A DNA stretch of 64,000 bases, from NCBI GenBank assembly GCA_965178125.1, contig OZ237757.1:806001-870000 (forward strand). Direction: 5' to 3'. Shown here piece after piece: positions 33,217 through 45,200 of the stretch. The stretch is from Bilabrum cf. latius (Eukaryota). Made by a program: the position numbers and the translations under genes. The stretch's first letter is position 1, and every line of letters begins with the position of its first letter. Below the pieces are notes generated by a model. That model was not told the DNA's origin. It saw only the letters and a program-made list of their open reading frames with translations, and searched no databases.

Positions 33217-36200
33217 ATGGTAGAGAGCGCCCAATTTGAAGTCTTGGTGAGCACAGTGCTTGAGAAACGTTACAGTATTGGGTCAGATCGAGTTCTATGT
33301 GCAATTGACCCCCGCACCTTTCTCAGCGGCAGGGTTCAAGGGCAAGCTATTGGCACATAGAACTCGCGAAACTTCGGGTGGTTTGTCTTCTGCGCAGCCT
33401 CTCCGCTTTAATGTACGTAAAGAGTTTCCTCGCAGACAAGCCAAGCCTTTCTTGTTGAGTAGATTGGGCTGCTGATAGACTGCTACCTGGACCCGCTGCG
33501 AAATGTTGGATGCCCGGGCGCGCACCAGCTCAGGGAAGCTGGGGCTCTGGCACTTGCCGAGTCCAGACGTCTTTTATCAAATCTTCGCCAGGGCCTTTAG
33601 ACGACAGGTGCAAATGGCGAGGCGCCATGGTCCGTAGATGCCGTCGCTGGTGCATGTGCTCGCTTGCGCCGCCCGTTCGCCCTGTACATGGTAGAGCACC
33701 GGGCATGGCAAGGGCAACTCCTTGACTTTGTCCGAAGCAATGAGCGCGCTGCACAAGTGATGGGTCGCTGCAAAGAGACGCACCAGAGACGAGTGGCGGA
33801 CATCGTGCGGTCGATCGAATCGTTCGCTCCACCGGCCTCCGCAGGGAGCAGCAGTACCAGCGTAACCGAAAGCGACGCCACCTCTTAGTCGCGCAAGGGC
33901 CCTCGCCAGCGATCAGCCTCGGAGGATCCCCTCAGGCAGGCCATCGGGCTCCCCCCGCTGGAATCCAGGCGATCGAGCGACCTGTCCGGGCACGCTTCCG
34001 GGCGCTCCTCGCCCGTTCTAGGTTCCGCAAACGGCGGCGCCGCCGCGGGAAGCACCCCGGGTCTACGAGACTCCTCGGCGCTCAAGCGCCGGGAGCAGGC
34101 CGCCGCGGGCGGGCCCCTCCTCACCCGCCTGGAGGCCTCGCAGCTGGGCAGGCAGGCGCTCGCGGCTCTCCTTGTGGCACCAGTGCAGAGGCCCACGAGG
34201 CTGGAGCTGCTGGCCAGGAGGGTGGCCGAGGAGGCAAACCGGAAATAGAGGAAGGAATCGGTCCCGGGGGCAGCCCCGGACCCGGGGCTGCAGGAGCTGG
34301 CGCGGCGTGCGGAACTCGCGCGCGGCGCCGCGGCCGAGGTCAACCTGGCGGTGGACGCTGCCCTGGCCGCGGCAGAGAGCGCGGGGGCCCTTCGATCCGC
34401 GGCATCGCGCATGGCGCTGCCCCTGCCGCCCACGGACCCCCGCGCCGCGAGGGCTCGCCTGGCCCAGCTACGGAGCGCATCGGCCCGAGGGGGGGGTGGG
34501 CCTAGGGCCGCCGAGCGGCGGTCCAGCCGAGCCACGAGCCGACCCAGGACCAACGAGACACAGATGGCCGCGGCGGGGTTCGTCCGGCGGCCGCTGCAGT
34601 GCAATGCATCCGGGATCCTGCTGCACCCGCGGGCCCACGCCGTCGACGAGCCTGTGCACCTGCTGGCCGTGGGGGAGCTCAGGCTCGCGTGGGGCCTGGC
34701 CGACATACACGCGGGGGCCAGGCCGGCGGGCCTGGTGGCGGCGCAGGCAGCTGCCGAGAATGCCCGGGTGCTGGGGCTGGGCCCCCCTTGGGGTCTGCTC
34801 AGCACCTCCGTGCGGGCGGTTCTAACCTCCAGGGCGCTGGTCCTGCTGGCGGACGCGCGGCCGGCCCTGGCGCAGGACCGCCTATCTGCATCGTCCGGAG
34901 CCACTGGCAGCTCTGCGCGCCCATTGCCGCAGGGGCTGCTCTCTCTCGACGAGCCGGAGCAGTGGAGCGGGACGATCCTGCGGTCCAGGAGCGGCGGGAG
35001 CCTCCTCACAGGGGGCAGCGGCACGGTGGGCGGGGGGGCTGCGAGCAGCACGGGGGGCGGGTCATCCTCTGTGCTGTCCGGTTCCTCCTCCCAGGATGGG
35101 AGGGTGGGGAGCGGGGCGGGGTGGGGGGACCAGGCCCCCGCCACTGGGTACGACGCGACGCCCGAGGGCAGGCTGTGCACCATGCCTGCAGGGTACGTGG
35201 TCGGGGTGATTCCCGTGGGGCGGGACTCGGGATGCCGCGTGGAGTGGCTGTCCTCCTCTTCCTCCTCCTCGTCATCATCATCAACGGCAGCAGGGAAAGG
35301 CCCGGGAGGGCCGCGCGTGCAGCGAGGGGACTCCGTGGGGAGCCTCCTCGGGAATGCCCCTGGAAGGGGTCGCTCAGGCAGCCTCAGTGCCAGCCGCAGG
35401 TCGAGGCAGTTCGCGCTCCTGATCCCCAGAGAGAAGCTCAGGCAGGGGGCCAGGTCCATGCTGCGGACATCGGCGGGGAATGCCGAAGCGTGGAGCGCCG
35501 CGGAGGATGACCTGGCGGGGGATGGGCCAGGGAACAACGGTGCTGGAAGCCGGGGTGCCGCCGCAACCTCCACCTCCTCCACCACCTCCGACCCGTCCGA
35601 GCTGTGCTGCGCCCTCGTGGCAGAGGTGGCGGACAGGGAGCCGCTCCCTGCGTGGCAGGCCGCTTTCGCCAAGCTGGGCGCCGTGCAAGGGCGGCATGGG
35701 CGCGGCAGCGGCGGTGTGACGAGCGCGGGGTCCCTGAGCGGACTGGTCGGGGGTCGGGGTCGCGCCCATGCCCAGGGGGGCTCATCCAAGGGCATGGGGG
35801 GCATGGGCAGGAGCGGCACGGCAGCGGCGGCGGTGGTGGAGAGCCAGGGGGTGGTGGAGGGGCTGGCTCCCTTCGCCACGGCAGAGGCCCGCGCCGCCGC
35901 GGTTGCGACCGCTATCCGGCTGACCGTTGGTGGGAACGTCCCTAGGACGAGCGCCACTGCCGATGCCGCCGCGGCGGCTGCGGCGACCAGCGGCTCCCCC
36001 GCCCGCAGGCAGTCCCGGCTGCGCCAGTACAACTCGAGGGGGCAGTCGTCCGCCGAGAGCGTGTCTGGGCTGCTGCCACAGGGGCAGGGCGACGACCCTG
36101 ACGGGCAGGACGGCCGCAGGAGCGCGGCAAGCAGCGCGTCTTCCTCGTCCAGCCGCGGAGACGGGGACGGGGACGGGGGGGAGTTCCTCGACGACGGCGG

Positions 36201-39200
36201 GGTTGCAGCCCCCGTGTCCTCCCGGCACTCCGTGGTCCTGCGCAAGGGCGTGCTGGACAAGAGGATCGGCAACCTGCTGACCAGGCGGTGGGCAGGGAGA
36301 TACTACGCCGCTAGGGCCACGCCGCCGCCCGAGGACGGGGCGGGGGCAGGGGCCGGCGTGGCGTCTGCCAGCCCCCTCCCCCCGTCCCCCCTGCAGGTCT
36401 CGCAGGCTCTCGCTGCTCTCATCGTGAGGAGGAGCAGCGGCGGGGGCGGCGGTGGGGGCGGGACTACGGCTGGTGCTGGTTCTGGTGCTGGTGCTGGTGC
36501 TGGTGCTGGGGGGCGCGGCGCTTCCTCCCCAAAGGGGGCCCGCGGCAGCAGTGGCACGTCTGCGCTGCCGGATGCGGACGATGCCCTGGGGCTCCATCGG
36601 GCGGGGTTCCATGCCGCGGCTGCCGTGGCGGCTGTCCGTGACCCCGGCGTGCTCCGTCAGCTCGGGGGTATCCTGGGGGTGGGAGGAGGACCCCACCATG
36701 GGGTCAGCGGCAGGGGCGCAAGTAGCCCAACTGCGCCCCTCCCCCTCCCGCCCATGCGTCCCTCGGCGGCGTGCAGCTCAAGCGGCGGGGGCGTCCTGTG
36801 GCTCGAGCAGCACAAGGACCAGACCGCGTGCGACGGCGGCAGGCGCCCCGACCGAACCCTGCCGCTGGGTCGGCTCAGCGATCTGGCCTGGAGGGACAGC
36901 GGGGCCGGAGTGCACCTGTGCGGCAGGACTGCAGAATCCGCGGCGGCGGCGGGCGGCACTCTGCCCCAGTCCTCCACCCTGGGCGGCGGTGCTTCGAGCG
37001 CGAGCGGGGCCGGGGCCTGGGGAACGGACGACGAGGCGAGGAAGCTGGAGATCGGCGTGTCCGTTGTTCCCCTGCCCCCCGAGGCCGAGGAGGCCGAGTC
37101 GGAGCAGCTGGGCGCGCTGGCGGCGACCGGCGACGCGGAGTCCCGCACCCTGTCCCTGCGGGCCCCCTCCCAGGATGACGCGCAGGAATGGGTGCTGGCC
37201 CTTGCAGCCGCGCTGGAGGCTCGCTGCAGGGTGGGAGAGGCCCGGAGGGCGCGGGTGCTGCTGGGGGCCCAGTGGAGGGAGGCGCGTAGGGAGGCGAGGC
37301 GGGAGCTCAGGGAGCTGGCGGGGAGCAAGCATGAGGCGGCCAGGGAACAAGAAAGGGAGGAAGGGTAGAAGCAGAGTCTGGCCGGGGAGCAGCAACGGGA
37401 ACAGGCAGAAGCAGATGGACCCGCCCCAGGACCATCGGCCCCCTCGCCCACGGGCCCGCCACCGCGCCCCGCCTCCCCTGGAGCACACCCGCCACCGCCC
37501 GCCGTGCCGCTCCCCGCGCCGCCGGCCTAGAGCCCCGGAACGAACGTCCAGGACGCCACAGCCCCGCTGTCCCTGTCGCCCAGCGCCAGCAAGCGTGCCG
37601 GCAAGGGACCCCGGCCGCCGCCCCTTTCCGCCGGCACGCCCCGGGCCAAGGTCAAGGGCAAGGGTTAGGGTTAGGGTTAGGGCAGGTCCGGTTCGGCGGG
37701 GGCGACCACCCCCGGGGGCATCGCGGGCAAGGCGTCTGCCTTCTCCGGCTCGTCTGCCCCCACGCCCCTCAACTAGGCCCTGGGCAAGCCGGGCCCGAAG
37801 ACCACGACCAGTGCCGCTGCGGCTGCCCAGAAGGGCAAGGGCATGGGCAAGGGCTCCCCCAGGGCGTTCTCGTTCTCGGAGGCAGCCGCCGGCGGAACCA
37901 CGGGGAGTCGCGCGGCGCCGGCCGCTTCCTGGGCCGAGTCGGGAGCACCCCCCGCGGCCTCGGCCCGCGTCCCTGCGGACAAGGTGCGGCTCGAGCTGGG
38001 CACCGCCTCGACCAAGATCGTGCGGGCCGCCGCCAAGCTCCGCTCCAGGACGGCCATGGACAAGAGGGAGGCCCGCGCGGGGAAGTTCGGGTGCACTGCA
38101 TTGCAGGTGCTAGAGATGTACGTGCGCCTGGGGCTTGGCACGCGAGCCGTGCGGTTCTTGGAAGGGATGGCCAAAGCGGCGGCGGCGGCAGCAGGCCCGG
38201 GGTCCTCGCGCACGGGGGCCAGCGGGGGTCAGCAGGGCAGCGCGGAGTCGGATGGCGGCAGCAGCGGCGGCGGTGGCAGCGGCTCGTTGCCGGGGTCACA
38301 GCAGGGCGGCGGCGCGGGGAGCGGCGGGGGTTAGATGACCGCCGCGCTGCAGCCCCAGGTGTGGGCGGCGGGCGCCCTGGCACTGGGGCGGGCGGGGCAG
38401 CTCTCCAGGGCTGTCGCCGTGTTGTCCAGGGGTCTCAGTTCCCTGGGCCCCGTGATTGCGGGGCCGGGAGCCCCCCGAGGCGCAGTGCTGGGCGCGGTGC
38501 TGCTCCGGTGCGCTGGGGCCCGCGTGTTTGCCCGCTACGGGCTGGTGAGGCCCGTGAGCAGGTGCCTCAAGCTGGTGAGAGAGGCCGCCTGGGGCGGCAG
38601 TGCGATGCACCCGGTCCGGCTGGGTCTCGGCCAGGGAGCAGCAGCGGCGGCGGCACGGGGCGCCGAGCTGGCGGTGCCTTCCGCGCTCGCCGACTGCGCC
38701 GTTGAGGCCGCGTGCAGGAGCGGCGGCTGGCGGGCGGGCGAGGCCGTGGTGGCCACCCTGCTGCGAGACGCGCTCGCGGCCAGGCAGGGAACAAGGGCCA
38801 CCCCCCTGGACCCGCAGGCTAGGGCGCGTGCCCGCTGCGCCCCGCTGCCGTCAACCCACGGCCTGGCTAGCCTGATCGAAGCCTACGGCGCCGCGGGGCA
38901 GCACGGCAGTGCGGTGCGCCTGGCGGACGCGTTGCTGGTGGCGACGGGGGCACAGACCGTGGCCGCGCTGGCGGCGTCCGCCGGTGTGACGAGCGCGCGG
39001 GGCGGGTACCCGGTGGTGCTTCCCTGCAGCCCCCTGGTGCACTGCACTGCGGACACGCTGCGCGTGCAGGCCGAGGCCGAGGAGGAGGCGAGGCAGCGGA
39101 GGCAGCGGAGGCTGAGCGGGGAGCGGAGGCGCAGGCGCTCCCAGTCCAGCCTGGTGCTGGCCCGGGGGAGCTTCAAGAGGGGCAGGTCCTCCGGTGTGCT

Positions 39201-42200
39201 CCTGTCGGGGGGGCAGCCCGCCCTGGGGGCTGGGGGTAGCGGGGCTGGGGGCAGCGGGGGCGCGTGGGGGGTCGAAGGGGACGGGGAGCCTGACGGTGCT
39301 TCGCTCGGGGGGGTGCTGGCGGGGGCAGGCCTCGTGGGCGAGGTGGTGCGGCTGCTGCACGCATGGAACGGCGTGACTGTGTCCGTGTCAGACTCCGCTG
39401 ATGCCCCCGAGGGCGGCGGTGGGGATGGGGATCGTGCCGGGGAACAGCGCCCCGAGGGACTCCCAGGGGATATCCCCTGGCCCCTGCAGGGGGTCCCCCA
39501 CGGAGGCAAGCCCCTCGTCGAGTCAGCCGATGATGACCCTTCCATCCTCACCCAGGGAACAAGAGGCGGAGGGCACGTCACGGGGGCCATCCTCGGAGGC
39601 ACCCGCTCAGCGCTGCACCCCACCCTGCGAGCCACCCGGCGCCCCTGGGACCCACTCATCGCGGCGGACGGGAGCACCTTCCTGTCCCTGCTGCGGGGGC
39701 TGTCCTCCGGTGGCCGCACGGGGGACGCTGCGGCGGTCCTTGAGGCGGCCCGTGCCGCAGGGGGCGCGGTGGGCCGCATCAACCGGGAGATTTTGGCGAC
39801 GGCCTCGTCCCACGGGGCAGCGTGCGTGGCATCACCCGTGGACAGGGCCAGCATGCGCGACATCCCCGCGGTTGCGGCCGCGTGGGTGCATGCGTGCAAG
39901 GCCGCAGATCGCGCAGAAGCAGAGGGGGGAGCAGAAGCCTTTAGTGCTCGAGGAGAAGGAGAAGGAGAAGCAGCACGGGTTGGGGCGGGCGGGACGACGG
40001 GGTACCGGTCGCAACAGCCCGCCGGACCGAGGACGCCGTCGCCCCCGCCGCTAGGCAACGCATCCGGCGGGAACGCAGCCCCGCCGCACTCGTCACACGG
40101 CTCGGGGAAGTCCCCCTCCACCCCGCCCCCGATGGACGTGTCGGCGCTCGCCGCAGCCCACGGGCAGTCCCCGGCGGCGGACCCTCTGCTCCCCCCGGAG
40201 AGACCCAGGGAGGCGTGGATGGCCGCGGTGCTGACTGACGGGCTCGCTGACGCTGGCACTCGTCACATGAACGCCCGTCTCGCGGCCAGAGACGCCGCGG
40301 TGCTGACTCGGCCCACGGGAGACGCGGCATCGGACGACGTGCTGTTCCTGCGCAGGGCCGGCCTGGAGCTTGGTGACGGGTGCCCGGGCTTGGTGCTCCC
40401 GGGAGACGAGGGGCAGCCGCAGGACGCCGGCGCCGGCACTGGCACTGGCACTGTCGCACCGGGCGAGAAAGGGCACGGGGCCTGGTGGCGGCTGCTGCCC
40501 GAGGTGTGCTGCCAGGGGGCGGCCTGGGCCGAGCTCATCGCCGCGCACGCGCAGGCCAAGGACACGGGGGCGGCGGTCGAGATGCTGTCGGACCCTCGGG
40601 GAACAGTGGGCCCCCCCGCGGGGCAGGCCTCTGTCCTTGCCCCCGCCGGTGCCGGTGCCGGTGCCCCGTCCTCGTCCTCGGCTTCGGCGGCAGGGGCAGA
40701 CGGGCCAGGCAGGGACAGGGACAGGGACGAGCGGGCGGTGGTGGCCGCGGTCCTGGCGGCGGCGCAGGGAGAGGACTTCCGGTCTGCGCGTGAGGCATAC
40801 GTGGAATCGATCGGAGCCGCCGCCACCTCGCTGAGCGCCCGCCCCCACGACGCGATGATCCGGGCGGCGGGGACCCTGGGCGCGGCGGCGGCCCGCTCCG
40901 GCACCGTCATGGGGGCAGCGATGCTGTCGATGGGCGGCGTGGGGTCGGGCCCGGGCGCCCTGGATGGGGACAGGACGGGCGGGTCGGACGAGGCCGCGCT
41001 GTACGGGAGGCAGGTGGGCGAGGCGGCGGCGATGGCGGCGCATGGGGAGCACGACCCTCTCCTGCAGCGGCGTGCGGCAGAGGCCCTCAAGCTGGCCAGA
41101 GACATATTCGGGATGATGGCCAGGGCTCCTCCCGTGGCGGGCGAGTTCAAGAAACCGGGCGGGTCGGGCAAGCAAGGCGCAGGTGGGAACGGGAGCGGGA
41201 AGGCAATCCGCGCGCCCCTTCATGCCGCGGGGAACAAGAGCTTCAAGCGCGCCTTCTCCCGAGCTCAGATCATCAAGCGCAAGACCTCCCTCCTGCCCGC
41301 TGCAGCCCCCAGGCTCTCCCAGCTGGGCGCCTCTGCCTCTGCCGCTGCAGGCAAGCAAAGCGGCGGTGCATCCCAGTCCCCTCAGATCGCGGCGAGGGGA
41401 ATGCCCCAGAGACCAAGGAGCGAGACGCTGATGAAGCTGCTGGGCCCTCAGGGCGTGGACGCTTAGACCCCGCAGGCGTGCACCGCCACCTACCAGGCCC
41501 TCATGGTCGCATTCAGCGGCACGGGCAGCTCGAGGCGGGTGCTGGAGGCGGCGCAAGCCATGCTGCACGAGGGGGTGGCGCCCGACATGCCCACGCTCGC
41601 CGTGATGCTGTCGGTGCTGCCCGCGGCGAGGCAGGCGCAGGCGGCGTGCAGGGCCGTGGAGACGCTGTGCGCTTGTTCCCTGGACATGGAGGAGGCGGAC
41701 CCCAAGGGGCTGCTGTTGGCGGAGGCCCCCTGGGAGAGCAGGCAGGCCGTTGGGGGCGGCCTAAGCATCGGCACCGTCAGTCGTCGCGCCTCTCTCGCCG
41801 TGCAGGACGGGGCACAGGCTTCGCACTCGTCACACTACGCGGACCACCTGGCGAAGCACCCCTTGGAGGCTCTGCGGCAGGAGGGCCCACTGGGCTGCCT
41901 CATGGCTAAGACGTACGCGGAGGCGGGGGCTCTGGGCAAGGCCGAGGGTGCTCTGCGGCGGGTGGAGGCGGGACCCCCGCCCCCCGCCGAGGTGCTGGCA
42001 GACGCCTACACGGCCGTGCTGGACGCGCTGGGGGACAAGGGCAGGGCGGACGCGGCGGAGAGGGTGGTGAGGAGGAAGGCGAGGTCGGCCGTGCTACAGG
42101 CAGGGGGGAATGCGGGAGGGGGAGGGGGAGGGGCCGGCGAGGGCGGCGGAGATGGGGCCGATGAAAGCGGGGCGGGCACAGGAACGGGGGCAGGGAGGGC

Positions 42201-45200
42201 GCCTGGCCTGGCCCTGTCCGTGGCGGATCTCCTCTTCGGGATCGCTGGGGCCGGCAGCGGGGCGGGGCTCGACGCCGACCTGGCGCCCGTGCCGGGTGCA
42301 TCGCACGGTGGTGGTCCTCTCCGGCCCCCGGGTGCTCCGGGGCGGCACGCGCACACCCTGGCTCCCGCGGGACAGCGGCGGGCGTCCATTCTGCTCGTGG
42401 GCCCGGGCGGGCTGGACGGCGAGGGTGGCGCGTCGCATGCTACGGGGTCAGGGAGCGGCAGTCCAGGGCGGGAGGGCGGGGGCAGCACGCCCATGGTCGT
42501 GTCTCCAGCGGGTCGGAGCGGGCTCACCGCGAGGATACACTGGGGCGAGGACAATGAGGGGGCTGCGCGCTGGGGTGGCAGGCACGGGCATGGGCACGCG
42601 AGCGAGCGGTAGCGGCTGCAGGCAGAGCTGGACCGCCGGGCGGCTCGTGTGCTGCAGCTCGCCAACGCGTTCCTCGCACTGCCCCCTGAGGCCACGGCCC
42701 TGGTGATTGACGTGGCTCAAGGGGTCAGGACGGAGCAGGCCTTCGTGTCTCTGGAGCAGCGGCTGGGGCTCGGGGGCAAGGTGGCTGACGCGAGGCGTCT
42801 GTTCGAGAGGCTGCAGCGGCTGCGGGGGACGCGGCGGCACTGTGCCGTGCTGCTGCGGGAGGGGGGCAAGCGTGTGGACGGGCTGCTCTCCGAGCGGCTG
42901 GGCGCCGTGGGGCGTGAGGCGAGGTAGAGGAGGAGTTCCAGGAGGAGTTCCAAGATGCTGGGGGCGGAGCAGCTCAGGGACCTCAGGGCGAAGGCGGAGC
43001 AGAGACGGGCGGACCGGGCGGCAAGGAGCGCGGGAAGGCGGCCCGGCAAAGCGGGTCCGGTCGGCCGAATGGAAGGCGGGACGGCAGCTGGGTCCGCCGA
43101 GGGAGCAGCGGTCGGGGCACAGCAGCTGGGTACGGTGGCTGAAGGGGATGAAGAGGAGGAGGACGAGAAGGAGGAGGAGGAGGAGGAGGAGGAGGAGGAG
43201 GAGAGCGGGCCCCCCTCGAGGCGGAGCAGCATGCCAGAGTACTCGGATACGGAAAGCGAGGAAGGAGAGGATGAGGATGGTTGGCGAGGCAGGGGCGAGG
43301 AGGAGGAGACAAAGGATGGCGAGGAGGAGGAGGATGGCGAGGAGGAGGAGGACAGCAGCGATGATTCCGGCTCCGAGTCGGACCTCAGCGACGAGGAGCA
43401 GGAGCAGAGGGGCGCGGTGCTGCGGGATGTCGCCGAGATGCTGCTGCTGGGGCACGGCGACGGCAACGACCAGCCGGAAGGAGGTGCCGCCAGCACCAGC
43501 ATAACGGATGAAGAGAGTCGGCTGGTTGTGGCTGCCGCGCTGCTGGCCGAGCGGGCGATCGTCTTTGCCCACTCGCAGCCCTCGCCCTCTGCAGGCGGCG
43601 GCGCCGACGTGGTGCAGTTCCGCATCCGGACGGACGACGTGTTCCGCGCCATGGACAGGGCCGACGCCCTGCCCGGGGATTCGGAGCCGTTCGCCGCCCT
43701 GGTGGAGGCATGCGGTCGGCCGGGGGGGCACGGCCTCGTGCGGGAGGCGCTGGCGGCCATGCGAGCCCAGGGTGTGGAGCCCGACGGGCGCGTCTGCGCC
43801 GCCGTGGTGGGCGCGATGGCCGCGAGCGGGAGGGGGGCCCTCGCTCTCGACGCGGTGCGGTGGCTCGCGCGAGGGCTGTCGGGGACTCGCGCGGCGCCGC
43901 GCATGCTGGCCCTGACTGCGGATGTTCCGCTGGTCTCGGCGCTGCTGAGCGCGGCCGGGGCGGCTGGCCGTGCCGGTGACGTAGTGCGCATATGGGTAGC
44001 CTACCGCGGAGCCCAATCGCAGCATCAGCGGCGGGCGATACGGGGCCGCAGAGGTGCGCGTGTATCCGCGATCGATCATGCTCTGGAGGAGGAGGACGCT
44101 GCAGGCGGCGGGAATGGCAACAGCAGCGGCGGCTTCTTGGCTGCCGCGGTGCACCGCGGCAGGGAGGAGACCCGAGACCACCTCAACCAGGGCGGAGATG
44201 AAGACCGCGGGGAACAATACGACGCCGGCGCTGCCTCTCGACCTGGCCTGCTCTCCAGGCGAGGACTCGCGGGGCGGCTGGCAGCTCCAGACTTCAGGCG
44301 CGCGGCAGCGGAGTCCCAGCTGATCGACCTGATGCTGCTGGCCCTCGGGGCCGCCGGGGGCTGCGTCGCGGATTCGGAGCCGGAACTCTCGGCGACCAGC
44401 GGGTGCGCGCTGGGGGCCCGAGCCCCCGTTTGGTGGACCGACTCGGAATCGAAAACAGAGACCCCGGGGGCTGTCGCAACGTCTGCAGCAGCAGCGACCG
44501 GCCGCGAGAGCAAGGGCGCGCCGGGCGCTCGATGGACCGCGAGCGTGCGGGCGGGTGCTTGCAACCTTGCCCGCCGGGAGGTGCTTGCGCGGGTGGGGCT
44601 GGGCGAGGCCCCCTCGGCTGGGACGGCGGCGGGGCTGGCGCTGGTGCTCCGCGAGTTTGGGGGCGCGGAGGGCCGGCGGCAGGGGCGTGAGATCCTGCTC
44701 GCACTCGCGCGCGGGCTGGGCCGCGGGATCGTGCAGCTGGCTGGGAGCAGCCTGAGGGGCGGACCGGGTGTTGGTCAAACTGGTGTTCCATTGGACGGCC
44801 AGTCCAAGGGTGGAGAGGAGCAGAAGGAACAAGAGGCAACGAAGGACGGAGAGGAGGGCGACACTGGATATGCTTCGGCGGGCGAGGCATGCCTTGACCT
44901 GGCCTCCTTGCCCATTGTTCTCTTCGCCCTCACTCGGCTGGGCCTGGCGGCGGAGGCGCGGAGGCTGTGTGACCTCCTGAGGGCAGTCGGAGGCGCCCTT
45001 CGAGACGGGAGCAGCGGACCCGGGGCGGTGTCTGGGCTGCTGCGCGGGATGGGGCTGTCGGACTCGGAGCTGCTCGCGGGGGCGGGGGCGGGAGCCGCCT
45101 CCGGGGGCTCTGGCGGTGCTGCGGCTGTGGCGGCCTCTGCGATGGACGCGTCGGTCCGCGATTCCGCCCATTCCCTTTGGCTGGCGGCGGCGGCGGGGCG

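Noticed and set aside
37665-37682. True or interstitial telomere
   Set aside because: Only three units, in frame in the middle of a gene, with continuous coding sequence on both sides.
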